A stretch of DNA of 64,000 nt from an uncultured virus (IMG/VR IMGVR_UViG_3300047322_000678) (Duplodnaviria > Heunggongvirae > Uroviricota > Caudoviricetes): the IMG/VR virus record IMGVR_UViG_3300047322_000678. One strand, 5' to 3'. The position numbers and the translations under genes were made by a program. Below, in pieces: positions 1 through 9,816 of this stretch (position 1 is the stretch's first letter; each line of letters opens with the position of its first letter). The notes under the pieces were generated by a model. It was not told the origin of the DNA and did no database searches. It saw only the letters and a list, made by a program, of their open reading frames with translations.

Positions 1-1436
1 GCTGTGTTAATCCCGGCCCTTCCAGAAGTAAGATCATTGACGTAAGTCGTGATCCATTTTGGATACGCCAAGGTCAATCCAGTTGTGTTCAATGTCAGAA
101 CTGGATCTGTTCCGGCAGTTGTCAGAATTGACGTATTCGTTCCGGCGAAGTTACTGGTTTGTCCAGATAAAGCAGCGGTCGTTAGATAAGCTCCCGGAGC
201 TTGTGCGGTCGTTAGCCATGCTGGATAACCAATCGTCAATCCCGTGGTATTCAATGTCACTGCAATATCAGATCCGGCAATAGTCAGAACTGATGTTCCG
301 GTTCCGGCAAAATTACTGGTCTGACCGGAAAGAGCGGCAGTTGTTAAATACGCACCCGGAGCCTGGGCAGTGGTCAGATATGCTGGAAGGTTTATAGCAA
401 TTCCGGATGTGTTTAAGGTAACACTGCCACCAGTCATGCCAGTTGATGTCCCGGCATATTTACTGGAATCTTGAGACAATCCCGCCGTGGTTAAATATGC
501 ACCTGAACTTTGATAATCAGTTTTAACCGTAGCTGTTACCACGCTGTTCGTGTCCAGTCCCCAAGATATTCCGTTAGAATCAGAAAATGTCAGGGCCGAA
601 AGATTATTTGAAAGTGTTCCGGCACTGAAATTGATATTACTAATCGTTGCCGCATTGGACAGCATCGCAGTCGTGAGATACGCTCCCGGCGCTTGAGCCG
701 TTGTCAAATATGCGGGTAAGTTAATGGCAATACCGGACGTGTTTAACGTCACTGAGCCGCCTGTCATATCGGCACTGGTTCCGGCATACTTAGAAGAATC
801 CTGAGACAACGCAGCCGTTGTCAGGTACGCTCCTGGTGTCTGATAATTAGTCTCCACCGAAGCCGTCATCTGACCGGTGGACAGCCCAAACGTGACCCCG
901 TTAGAATTAGCAAATTGAATCGTGCCGGTATTTTGAGAATATGCTCCACTTCCTTGCAATGCCGCGCCTCCGCCAGCGGCTGCGGTAGTGAGGTAAGCCG
1001 GGACGCCCATGCTGAGGCCATTCGTATTCAGCGTTCCAACGACGTTTGTCCCTGCCGTGGTTGCCGTCGTAAACCCCGTTCTGGCAAACACACTACTGGA
1101 CTGAGACTGCATGGCCGTAGTCAGATATGCCCCGGCACTTTGATAATTGGTAAACACCGATCCTGTAACAACTCCGCCCGTGTTCAGCCCGAACGATACC
1201 CCATTAGAATTTGAAAATGTGAAATCAGAACGAACGGTAGCAGTCGTTCCCGCACTGATGTTGATCCCTCCGGAAGGAGCCATATCATACGGCAACGCAT
1301 TCCAATTATTGATCCCGTCACCGACCTTGACCAAGCCTGTATCCAGCTCAACACCAGCTTCTCCTTCTGCCAGGATCGGATTTGCCACTGCCCATTGAGC
1401 AGCCAGGCCACGTCTGAGCTGAATGTGGACTGGCAT
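1..1436 (-). CDS. Tail fibre protein with Mtd-like N-terminal domain and AYLTTA repeats (3'-partial, runs off window)
   Basis: Not in the ORF track. ATG at 1436 (TAATG overlap with the upstream stop), open to position 1. Starts MPVHIQLRRGLAAQWAVANPILAEGEAGVELDTGLVKVGDGINNWNALPY, the Mtd_N-type fibre anchor, followed by many (P/G)AYLTTA repeats. Confidence 0.85.
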   Translation of the reverse strand, partial: MPVHIQLRRGLAAQWAVANPILAEGEAGVELDTGLVKVGDGINNWNALPYDMAPSGGINISAGTTATVRSDFTFSNSNGVSFGLNTGGVVTGSVFTNYQSAGAYLTTAMQSQSSSVFARTGFTTATTAGTNVVGTLNTNGLSMGVPAYLTTAAAGGGAALQGSGAYSQNTGTIQFANSNGVTFGLSTGQMTASVETNYQTPGAYLTTAALSQDSSKYAGTSADMTGGSVTLNTSGIAINLPAYLTTAQAPGAYLTTAMLSNAATISNINFSAGTLSNNLSALTFSDSNGISWGLDTNSVVTATVKTDYQSSGAYLTTAGLSQDSSKYAGTSTGMTGGSVTLNTSGIAINLPAYLTTAQAPGAYLTTAALSGQTSNFAGTGTSVLTIAGSDIAVTLNTTGLTIGYPAWLTTAQAPGAYLTTAALSGQTSNFAGTNTSILTTAGTDPVLTLNTTGLTLAYPKWITTYVNDLTSGRAGINT

Positions 1437-1888
1437 TACGGACCCCCTCCATCAACCGGATCGACTCCGCCATAAATTGATGTTGGCGTACCACCGTCCA
1501 GATCCCCAACCAATCCGCCAGCACTGGCAATTTGCTCAATCTCAATGCTTAAAGCGGTTGGTGACAGCGATGTTCCAACTATTTGAGGTGTCGCTGGAGC
1601 AGTTACAGTTAGTTTTCCGGGTGTAACTGATGTGTAATATATCGAATCAGGGGCAAGTTTAGAGGTGCCAATAATCGCAGTCCAATCAGGAAGAATCAGA
1701 ACACCACCAACCTGATACTGGCCATTGGAATAAATATGAACGTCCTGCGTCAACAATCCGACACAAAGATTCACGCCGGAAACGGCCCGAACAAAACCAT
1801 TCCCATCAACAGAATTTGCCACCGGACAACCCGCTGAAAGCGTAATCGTTTCCCGGTTTGGCAATGAAATGAATTCAGGTTCATTCAT
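1436..1888 (-). CDS. Putative virion structural / tail-associated protein
   Basis: 150 aa ORF coupled to both neighbours in the tail operon; beta-rich; ends in a DLDGG...DGG motif. Confidence 0.6.
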   Translation of the reverse strand: MNEPEFISLPNRETITLSAGCPVANSVDGNGFVRAVSGVNLCVGLLTQDVHIYSNGQYQVGGVLILPDWTAIIGTSKLAPDSIYYTSVTPGKLTVTAPATPQIVGTSLSPTALSIEIEQIASAGGLVGDLDGGTPTSIYGGVDPVDGGGP

Positions 1889-1890
1889 TA

Positions 1891-3498
1891 TCAGTACCCA
1901 ACTTCAACGAAATGTGCATGTGCCGTAAAGCGGATCGATGTAGCGGCAAATCCGGTCATGGCAATGGCAAGTGCCTTATTCACGTTATCAGCGGCGACAC
2001 TGGCATTCCCGACCACACCCCATGACCCGCCTGTTCCGTCAGCAATCATGGCAGTAGTCACAGCGGAAATTAAAGTTACTGTATTAGCATTGTTTTGTAT
2101 CCCGAACTTGACTTCCCAAACCGCACAAACCCCAGCCGAGGATCGACCCACGATGGTCATAACACCTCCCCAAGTTGTATTGTTCGGGATAATGGCGCGT
2201 TGTGTTGCCGACACCCCATCCAGAAATAATTCAGTTGGGGTTGCATCAGTGGTTGCCGCCCTCCAAATAAGTTCAGAAGCTTGCGCGTCACCTGCTGCTG
2301 CAAATTGTCCGGAAGAATTTGATCGTTGCCCATGCTTGTTGGCTAGTGACTGAATTCCACCCGCCCAAGATGATGGACCTGACGCTGTGCTGGTGTTTCC
2401 AGAAGCAACAGCGTTAGTGCCGGAAGCAATGTTGGCGCTTCCTCCAAGAACAGCAGCATTTTGACCCGAAGCCAGATTATTTGCACCGGCAAGAACCGAG
2501 GAGTTAGTTTGTGTTGCTTGATTAGTCGTGCCCCCACCAACAAACGCAAATGATGCCGAAGCCAGATTTGCGGTCCCTCCAGCCACAGCCGAATCTGATC
2601 CGCTGGAAGTGTTTCCGCTCCCTCCAGATACGCTTGATCCGACTCCAGTTGCGGCATTACCAGCTCCTCCAGCCACAGAAGCCCAGGTCTGACTAGCTTT
2701 ATTGTCAATTCCACCGGATACAGTTGACCATGCTCCGCTAGCCACATTTGCCGCTGCCGAACGGTCGCATTGCAGATCCACCGCCTTACTGCCCCGCGCA
2801 TTCCCGCCGCTGGGCGTGGACTGGATCGCGCCATCATCGGTGATGAGCAGTTTCGAGTCCTTAACCGCCATCGGGGTTCCGGTCGTGCCACTGAACCTTG
2901 GAATATCATTCGCATTCGTGACTGTGTTCGGCGTGATCGTGGCGTAGTTCAGGCCCGTTGGCTGAGACGAATCCGCAACCAGAGCCTTGCCATCGGTGCC
3001 GACACCGAGACGGACCAGAGCCGCATTGGGATTGTTCGCGCCCGTGTCCGCGAGCACGTCACCCTTCGTCGAGCTGGGCGACAACTGATTCAGTGTCACG
3101 CTCGGAGCAGATCCAGCCGGTCCTTCTAATCCTCCCGGCGATACCTGCTGCGGAGCCGTGATGGTCGCAGCCGGTGCGGCATTGCCCGTGTAGCCCAGAT
3201 TCTTCAGGGTCAGACTTCCAGCCGCGATTCCTGTGACCTGATAGTAACCGCCTGTGGCCACGAATACGGTCTGACCGTTTGCGGCCCAAGATGAATCGGC
3301 TACGGTAACGGTTACACTTGCTCCGGAAGCTGGCTGGACAAAATTGGCGGCGGTAACGGTGAAGGCGTTGATCCCGTTTGTGCCGTTCGATCCATCGTTC
3401 CCATCTTGCCCCGGAGGTCCAGGGACTTGCTGACTTACTGTGTCGGTACAAACCGGCGCACAGCATCCGGATGGTCCTATATTTACTGGTGCAGACAT
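1891..3498 (-). CDS. Tail fibre / adhesin with short collagen-like stretch and GGxxNxAxG beta-roll repeats
   Basis: GPPGQDGNDGSNGTNG near the N-terminus; tandem V(S/A)GGxxNxA(S/T)G repeats resembling YadA-head-type repeats. Confidence 0.75.
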   Translation of the reverse strand: MSAPVNIGPSGCCAPVCTDTVSQQVPGPPGQDGNDGSNGTNGINAFTVTAANFVQPASGASVTVTVADSSWAANGQTVFVATGGYYQVTGIAAGSLTLKNLGYTGNAAPAATITAPQQVSPGGLEGPAGSAPSVTLNQLSPSSTKGDVLADTGANNPNAALVRLGVGTDGKALVADSSQPTGLNYATITPNTVTNANDIPRFSGTTGTPMAVKDSKLLITDDGAIQSTPSGGNARGSKAVDLQCDRSAAANVASGAWSTVSGGIDNKASQTWASVAGGAGNAATGVGSSVSGGSGNTSSGSDSAVAGGTANLASASFAFVGGGTTNQATQTNSSVLAGANNLASGQNAAVLGGSANIASGTNAVASGNTSTASGPSSWAGGIQSLANKHGQRSNSSGQFAAAGDAQASELIWRAATTDATPTELFLDGVSATQRAIIPNNTTWGGVMTIVGRSSAGVCAVWEVKFGIQNNANTVTLISAVTTAMIADGTGGSWGVVGNASVAADNVNKALAIAMTGFAATSIRFTAHAHFVEVGY

Positions 3499-3501
3499 AG
3501 G

Positions 3502-4839
3502 TTATGGACAAGGAAGCGTGTTGGTAAACGGCTGATGTTGTGTCGGTGGAAATACCTGGTTCGTTGGCGTCGTTGGCCATGCCGATGGATCTGGAGCGTC
3601 CCAAGTCAATCTCGGTTGAGCGCCATCTGTTCTGGCATTGAGCGTGTACGGCCTGATCAGTCCCACATTGTTGTACGGAATCGGTTTCGCAGAAATGAAC
3701 TTGAGCTTGCCGGTCAAGCTGTAAAAATAGCTGGAGCTAGCCGAACGAACACTGGAATCATAAAAGTCTAATGGCAACAGATCGTGCGAGCTGCTGATAA
3801 CCGTTCCCTGAGCTTGATTATTCGTTAGATGCGAAGGCAGACCCCAATCAGACAGGTTCGCAATATTTTCCAATGTCAGAAGGCCATTCACAGCATCTAT
3901 CCCGATTACCTTCATGTAATTAACCGAATCCAAACAAATAATTCGGTTCAAAGCGGTCCAGGTTGTGTCAGCAACATGCGCGGGTGTTGGATTCAGATCG
4001 TTGACAGCCGGCATCGTGAAGTTAGATAACAAACTGGTCCCGAACAGTTGCTGAATCGTTGGAGAATTCAAACTATCCACGCCCCGAGACAGAACCCAAT
4101 GATCCAGCACTGAGGCGGAAAATGCCGTGAACGTGATCGTTCCGTTAGAGGCAATATTTGCGCTGCCATTGAACTGATCTCCGCTAGGAACTGCGGTTCC
4201 AGCTCCAACCGGACAAGCCGGTGGCGAACCAGCATCGATCCATTGCACAGCCCAAAGATAATTTGTCGGATACAGGTACTGAAATGCCGATGTAATCGGG
4301 ATGTCGATGGACCAAGCCAGGTTAATGTTATTTGCACTGGCGAAATAGACCCGCCACGGCAATGTTGTTCCGACCGGCGACTTAACAATCAACTGTTTCA
4401 GCGATGGCAAGGTCCAGAACAGATGCGCCGGAACACCGGGGCCATTAGCAAAGTCAGTTGACGAAACTGGATCCATGTAAAGCTGGTACTCAATCGGTGT
4501 GTACGGGAAACCCAGATACGGGTCCGTTCCCGGAAACACCACGTCAGCAGCCGGTGTCGAACTGTAAAATGTCGTCGGATTATCCGTCTGCGGCGGGCCT
4601 GCCACTGCCGGGTTCCCGACCACGCCAAACGGTCCCGTATAAAACCTTGGGCCAATTCCCGGCACGTCCACGGACCGCGCCTGACCTGGTGGGGTATTAA
4701 TCGGGATCGGATACGCGCCATGATTGTTATCGACCTTGATATAAACCGTTTGGCCGATGGTGAACACGAACAGCTCGCCTGGGTCCAGGTCCGTAAACCG
4801 TTTCGGTTCCTCAAACCCTCTGAATAGTACCGTGTTCAT
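3502..4839 (-). CDS. Putative virion structural protein
   Basis: 445 aa P/T/N-rich beta-type ORF within the tail operon. Confidence 0.55.
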   Translation of the reverse strand: MNTVLFRGFEEPKRFTDLDPGELFVFTIGQTVYIKVDNNHGAYPIPINTPPGQARSVDVPGIGPRFYTGPFGVVGNPAVAGPPQTDNPTTFYSSTPAADVVFPGTDPYLGFPYTPIEYQLYMDPVSSTDFANGPGVPAHLFWTLPSLKQLIVKSPVGTTLPWRVYFASANNINLAWSIDIPITSAFQYLYPTNYLWAVQWIDAGSPPACPVGAGTAVPSGDQFNGSANIASNGTITFTAFSASVLDHWVLSRGVDSLNSPTIQQLFGTSLLSNFTMPAVNDLNPTPAHVADTTWTALNRIICLDSVNYMKVIGIDAVNGLLTLENIANLSDWGLPSHLTNNQAQGTVISSSHDLLPLDFYDSSVRSASSSYFYSLTGKLKFISAKPIPYNNVGLIRPYTLNARTDGAQPRLTWDAPDPSAWPTTPTNQVFPPTQHQPFTNTLPCP

Positions 4840-4840
4840 T

Positions 4841-5266
4841 CTATCGTTTTCCTTTCATGGCCTGACACATCGCAACCGAAGCCAGAAACTCGTCTCGCGG
4901 GTTCACGATCTGGCGCTTGTCCTTGATCATTTCCAGAGCTGAATGCAAGCTGTAACCGCCCTGCCTTGACAAGTGCGCGGCAACAATGCTCGGTGCCCGA
5001 CTCCGCCCTTTGATGCAATGGACCAGAACCCGCTTGCCCTTGCTGACCAATTCGCTCAGAGCATCGACGGCCCGGTTAATTTCGGCACAGGAATTTTGTT
5101 CGTCATCGGTCAGCGGAACATGCCGATATTCCACGCCTTGAGGATGGCCGTAATTTACTTCGGACGCCACATTCACAATCGCATCGAACCCGTGTTCAGC
5201 CGCTGATTCGGGATGGTCTGATTCGGCGCAGATTGAGATGCTTTTGGTCACGTGACTGATCGGCAT
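4841..5266 (-). CDS. Dual-specificity protein phosphatase
   Basis: VLVHCIKGRSRA = HCxxGxSR active-site loop; upstream VPLTDD general-acid loop; C-terminal IKDKRQIVNPRDEF. Confidence 0.85.
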   Translation of the reverse strand: MPISHVTKSISICAESDHPESAAEHGFDAIVNVASEVNYGHPQGVEYRHVPLTDDEQNSCAEINRAVDALSELVSKGKRVLVHCIKGRSRAPSIVAAHLSRQGGYSLHSALEMIKDKRQIVNPRDEFLASVAMCQAMKGKR

Positions 5267-5318
5267 AAGCCTGCTTTACATACGCCCGTTTCGCCTTTAA
5301 CGTCAACACATAACTGTC

Positions 5319-7097
5319 ATGGCAAAAGTCGCTCCGCCAAAACCGCCCCAGATCAGCATCGAAGAATTTCAACAGGTCCGGGAGAATTTCGCCCAGCGCG
5401 GGCCGGGAGACAGGGTGGAACAGTTCAAAACCCTCGCAACTCATTTGCTCCCCGGATGGTTCGAGTTCCACTCATGGTGTAATAAGATTATCGAAGCCGG
5501 TTGTAAGCATCGCTGGATAGGGGAAAGTGGGTGTTCAAACAGCTCGAAAACTCGGCATACGGCTGGATTCGCCGCAGTCTGGTGGCTGGCTGATCCCGAG
5601 AACAGCGCGGTCTGTTTCTGCTCAACCACGATGAAAATGTTGAGAAAAAGAGGCTGGGCCGAAATTCAAGACATCTCAAATAAAATCGAAGGGTGGGGCA
5701 ATTTTGTAAATTCTCAATGTGTGTGGCAAGTGACCCAGGGAGACGACAAGCACTGCATTTTCGGCAAGGCGGTTTGCGAAGGTGACACGAATAAAGTTGC
5801 GGCTGATATTCAGGGTTTGCACGTAAAGCGCCTGATGATCGTCATCGACGAAGCCGAAGCGGTTCCGGCTGCGATCTGGAAAGCTTGCGCCAATCTCTAC
5901 GGATACTGTGAAGATGTTGGGGGCGAGTTCGTCTTGTTCGCAATCGCCAATGCCCGATCCCGACTGAGCCAGTTCGGAAGATTTATCGAGCCGGAAGATG
6001 GATGGAATTCTGTCAGCGTCGATTCTGACGAGTGGATGAGCAAGCCGCAAATGGACGGAAGAAAAGCCAAGGTTCTGCGGTTTGATTTTCTTAAAAGCCC
6101 GAACATTGTCGAAGGAAAGCTTGTCTCGCGCCATCTTCCAACCCGACAACGAGTTGATAATCGGATGGCGGCACTCAGGGCGCGAGGTGGAGAGAACGAT
6201 CCCGATCACTTCACTTACGACCGAGGCTACCCAGTTCCCGAAGGTCTGCTCAAGACTGTATTCACCGAAACCTTAATCGCCAAGCACGATGGTTACGGTC
6301 GGCATAAATTCTTAGGAACAAATTTCAGGATTATCGGCGCGTTCGATCAAGCCTTTGGTGGCGGCGACCGGCCCGCGCTCAGATTTGCCGCAATGGGCGA
6401 CATTGAAGGTAACAAGCTGGGCCTTGAATGGATGGAGGCGATTATCCTGTATCTGGACGCGAACAGCCCTGACCCGGTTCGGTATCAACTCAAGGACAAG
6501 TTAAAGCAAGCCTGCGAGAACGTAGAATATCGCGGACAGAAATATCAGTGTCGCCCCGAGGACTTGGCCATTGACTGCACCGGCGACGGCGGTTTGGCCG
6601 ATATTTGCCATCAGGAATGGTCCTCGAAAATAAACCGAATCATATTCAGCGAATCTCCGAGCGAATCGCCTGTATCCAATGAAGATGAACGCAGTTCCAA
6701 GGATGTATTCCTGAACAAGCGGGTGCAGATGTATTTCCAGACCCGAGACGCGCTCATTGCCGGTCAGATCAAGGGAATCGACAAAGACACAGCGGCGGAA
6801 CTCTGCAACCTGGAAGAATTGATTGAGAAATCAGACGGCACGATCCGGCCCAAGAAAACCTTGCAGACCAAGAAGGATTACAAGCTCAAGTACACGGTCA
6901 GTCCTGACTTGAGCGATTCAGCCGTGATGCTGACCGAAGTGGCCCGCATCAAGGGCTTCTCCGTCGCCGCTGTGGGCCTGACCGTATCCCGCGAAGGCGC
7001 CCTGGAGCAGATAGTAAAAGACTCGCAAGACCTGTACAATCCCGATTCGTTCTACTCCGCCGAGAACGACGAGGTTCTGGTCGAGGACGAATGGTAA
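5319..7097 (+). CDS. terL: Terminase large subunit
   Basis: 592 aa; Walker A-like GCSNSSKT, Walker B IVIDEAE, motif-III-like IANA, nuclease motifs GAFDQAFGGGD, AIDCTG and SPDLSDS. Confidence 0.8.
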   Translation: MAKVAPPKPPQISIEEFQQVRENFAQRGPGDRVEQFKTLATHLLPGWFEFHSWCNKIIEAGCKHRWIGESGCSNSSKTRHTAGFAAVWWLADPENSAVCFCSTTMKMLRKRGWAEIQDISNKIEGWGNFVNSQCVWQVTQGDDKHCIFGKAVCEGDTNKVAADIQGLHVKRLMIVIDEAEAVPAAIWKACANLYGYCEDVGGEFVLFAIANARSRLSQFGRFIEPEDGWNSVSVDSDEWMSKPQMDGRKAKVLRFDFLKSPNIVEGKLVSRHLPTRQRVDNRMAALRARGGENDPDHFTYDRGYPVPEGLLKTVFTETLIAKHDGYGRHKFLGTNFRIIGAFDQAFGGGDRPALRFAAMGDIEGNKLGLEWMEAIILYLDANSPDPVRYQLKDKLKQACENVEYRGQKYQCRPEDLAIDCTGDGGLADICHQEWSSKINRIIFSESPSESPVSNEDERSSKDVFLNKRVQMYFQTRDALIAGQIKGIDKDTAAELCNLEELIEKSDGTIRPKKTLQTKKDYKLKYTVSPDLSDSAVMLTEVARIKGFSVAAVGLTVSREGALEQIVKDSQDLYNPDSFYSAENDEVLVEDEW

Positions 7098-7099
7098 CT

Positions 7100-7723
7100 A
7101 TGCAAGCGAAACTTAGAACCAAGATTGGTTGTCCGTACGGAAATATATTTGAACTGAACCTTCCCGAGAAAGGCATGAAGGGACGCGGCACCAGTTTTGA
7201 GCAACTGATTGGGAACATAAAAGAATGGAGGCGGGCTAACGCTTTTCCAATTGGTCTGGGATTTGAGTCCGAGGTGGAACGGGAGATTTGTGAGCGGTAC
7301 CCGGCTGAATGCCATTCTCCAAACCCATTACTTCCCGATCCTCAAAGAAGGCTCGGCTATGACGCAATCCTTCATGGAACCAGTTCCCTGCTCAGGGTTA
7401 AAAAAGATCCGAACCCGTACGTGGATCAGACCGAAGCAAATCGTAGAGCCGCCATTTGCTCGGCGTGTCCTCAAAATCAAGATTTCGTTCGGCCTTGTGG
7501 ATTTCTATGTGGCGCGTTGAAGGATGCTGTAATGGCTCTGATCGGAAATCGTTCCACGCCCCACGACAATCGGTTAAAGTCTTGTCAAATCTGTCAGTGC
7601 TTTGCGGCGGGAGCAGTTCACATTAGAACTGATCTGCAACTGCTAGACCTGAGCCAAAAACAGTTGGACCAGTTCAAAGAGGCTCACGCTCTTTACGGGT
7701 GTTGGAAAGTTTTACCCGGATGA
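7100..7723 (+). CDS. Cys-rich hypothetical phage protein
   Basis: RRAAICSACP, CGFLC and CQICQC motifs; directly follows terL. Confidence 0.6.
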   Translation: MQAKLRTKIGCPYGNIFELNLPEKGMKGRGTSFEQLIGNIKEWRRANAFPIGLGFESEVEREICERYPAECHSPNPLLPDPQRRLGYDAILHGTSSLLRVKKDPNPYVDQTEANRRAAICSACPQNQDFVRPCGFLCGALKDAVMALIGNRSTPHDNRLKSCQICQCFAAGAVHIRTDLQLLDLSQKQLDQFKEAHALYGCWKVLPG

Positions 7724-8424
7724 GAACATTTCTTATCTACCGGAGTTTCAAGAGCCTGCTGATCTGTCATGCCTCGCTTCACTCTTTTTTTGAAGGTGGC
7801 CCTGTTCAATCCAATTATCCTTAGCCATTGAGCGAGAGTTTTCACCTCTCCCCGCCACGGAATCATCCTGTTAGTCGAAGTATTATTTGCTTGAGCCTCC
7901 GATGTGTCCCATTTGCAATTCATCGGCCATCCTTCCTTTAGACATTGCTCACAATGTCCACAAGAATAATGTCCGTTATTGTTCTTTCTCTCGATTGACA
8001 ATCCTTCCGGCCTTTTCCCCATGTCGTTGAAAAAGTTTTCAAAACTCATCCATCCGAAACAAATTTTTATACCCCTTTCAGAATATCGCTTCCTGCCTGG
8101 ACAATTTGGATTCAAGGTTCTGTTTTTCATTCCAGCCCACGTAGAGTACTCTACAGTTGTTGATCCCCCAGCCGTGTGACCGTGAGTGGTCATCAATTCA
8201 CGAGTCCTTTGAGATACAAGCTCGCTTCTCAAACAGCCACAGGACGATGTATTTGCGATCAAATTTCCACGAGAGACAATTGTAATAGCTCCGCAATCAC
8301 AGAGACATTTCCATAATGATTCTCGGTGCCTGTTTTTACCGACATATTCAAGCACTAGCAATCTGCCGAATCTTCTCCCGGTCAGATCGATAAACCTTGG
8401 ATCAGTTGGATGTGGAATTTGCAT
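7693..8424 (-). CDS. HNH-type homing endonuclease
   Basis: DLTGRRFGRLLV, WKCLCDCG, SCGC, SIERKNNNGHY...NCKW motifs. Confidence 0.8.
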   Translation of the reverse strand: MQIPHPTDPRFIDLTGRRFGRLLVLEYVGKNRHRESLWKCLCDCGAITIVSRGNLIANTSSCGCLRSELVSQRTRELMTTHGHTAGGSTTVEYSTWAGMKNRTLNPNCPGRKRYSERGIKICFGWMSFENFFNDMGKRPEGLSIERKNNNGHYSCGHCEQCLKEGWPMNCKWDTSEAQANNTSTNRMIPWRGEVKTLAQWLRIIGLNRATFKKRVKRGMTDQQALETPVDKKCSHPGKTFQHP

Positions 8425-8563
8425 AGTAAAAAGCCCCGACCGAAAAGCTCAGTCTGCCTGAAAGAAATCGGCAGTAGTCGGACGGGGCCAGAATTGGTTG
8501 ATGTTGCGCTGAGACGCATATCGGGAAGGATGGGTTACGGGACGGGTTCTGTCAACAAAACGA

Positions 8564-9253
8564 TCAAGTTAATTGAAGCACTTCCTGAGAGAGCCGGTTC
8601 GCTGCTGTCTCGCAGTACCGTTCCTCAATCTCGATTCCGATTGCGCGACGGCCAAGGTCTTTGGCGGCTCGCAAGGTGGTGCCGGAACCCATGTATGGGT
8701 CTAAAACGATGCCGGTCGATTTACTGAATCCCAAGCACCACCTAATTAACTCGGCGGGCTTCTGACATGGATGCAATTTTGGACCATTAGCAACATTATC
8801 TTCCCCTTCACGAACAAGCCCTCGCCAAAGCTGTCTCCAGATGCGAGTGGACATATCTATATTTGTCCAGCAAAGCTCACAATCTCCAAAAGCGCATGGC
8901 TCTTTATCGCCAAGCTTGTCCCAAATCAACCATCCCCTAGAATCTGGAAGCTTCGATGCGTAATTATTTGCACCCCACAGCATCACTTCCTTGATGCCAA
9001 GAAAGGGTTCAGGATCAAATGGTGTATTATCTCCATTTTGAAGCGGCATCCAGGACGGATCTCGAACAATTTGTTTACCTGAATTTTTTCCAAAATCTAA
9101 GCCTGTTTTTCTGGATCTGGTTGCGTTTACCTTGAACCCTATTCCATACTGAGGATCTGTTAATACCAAATCCACCATCGGAACATACGGCAGTATCTCC
9201 CGACAATCCCCGTGATAAATCACGATCTTCCCGTCATCGTAATACGGTTTCAT
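8564..9253 (-). CDS. DNA N6-adenine/N4-cytosine methyltransferase (beta class)
   Basis: Motif IV variant LTDPQY, HPCQKP, motif I VLDPYMGSGTT, GIEIEERY. Confidence 0.9.
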   Translation of the reverse strand: MKPYYDDGKIVIYHGDCREILPYVPMVDLVLTDPQYGIGFKVNATRSRKTGLDFGKNSGKQIVRDPSWMPLQNGDNTPFDPEPFLGIKEVMLWGANNYASKLPDSRGWLIWDKLGDKEPCAFGDCELCWTNIDMSTRIWRQLWRGLVREGEDNVANGPKLHPCQKPAELIRWCLGFSKSTGIVLDPYMGSGTTLRAAKDLGRRAIGIEIEERYCETAANRLSQEVLQLT

Positions 9254-9441
9254 TCCCCCTCCCTCATCTCCTCCACCGCCCGATCCGCCTCTGCCTTTGC
9301 CAGTTTAGCTTGGGCCGGGGTGATGTCGCCGTCATCGGCCAGGATTCCGAGCCTCTCCTGGTACAAATAAAACCATTCCTGTCTCAATTCAGTTTCAGTA
9401 ATTTGAACTCGTCCTCCCAGGCTCGATTTAGGTTCTAGCAT
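9250..9441 (-). CDS. Hypothetical protein
   Basis: 63 aa ORF coupled to neighbours; YQERLGI motif. Confidence 0.5.
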   Translation of the reverse strand: MLEPKSSLGGRVQITETELRQEWFYLYQERLGILADDGDITPAQAKLAKAEADRAVEEMREGE

Positions 9442-9656
9442 AATACGTACACCTTCACTTTCTTTATCCGCTCCGTCCCGACCGAAGTCAATCCCTGAGC
9501 ATGGCGATTGGCCCGGAGCCGGCGCATGGACTCGCGGATAAGGGAACGTCTCTGGACCAGTTCCGGAGTGACCGGGACCGGAACAGGTTTCTTGAGCCAG
9601 CCATTAGCCAGGCCGATAGCGACGAGGGATTGGGGGGTGGGTGCGGAGCGGGTCAT
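9435..9656 (-). CDS. Hypothetical protein
   Basis: 73 aa basic ORF within the operon. Confidence 0.45.
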   Translation of the reverse strand: MTRSAPTPQSLVAIGLANGWLKKPVPVPVTPELVQRRSLIRESMRRLRANRHAQGLTSVGTERIKKVKVYVLC

Positions 9657-9816
9657 AAACTTTCTCTAAATTGTTTCAGCATCCTGGCCAGTTTAGCTCG
9701 TTGAAGAATCCTGTCTGGACTTTCAGGTTTTCCAGAAACAGGACGAAACTCATTCTGTTTCTTGACCTGTTTAGCTTCGCTAGATTCCTGAGCGATTCGG
9801 TTTAATTGTTCCAGTG

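Noticed and set aside
1..1436. Diversity-generating retroelement suggested by the Mtd-type domain
   Set aside because: No reverse transcriptase and no TR/VR pair with adenine-specific mismatches in the window; the repeats differ mostly at synonymous sites.
8564..9253. Restriction-modification system, or an inactive methyltransferase because of DPQY
   Set aside because: No cognate restriction enzyme; orphan methyltransferases are common in phages and the other motifs are intact.
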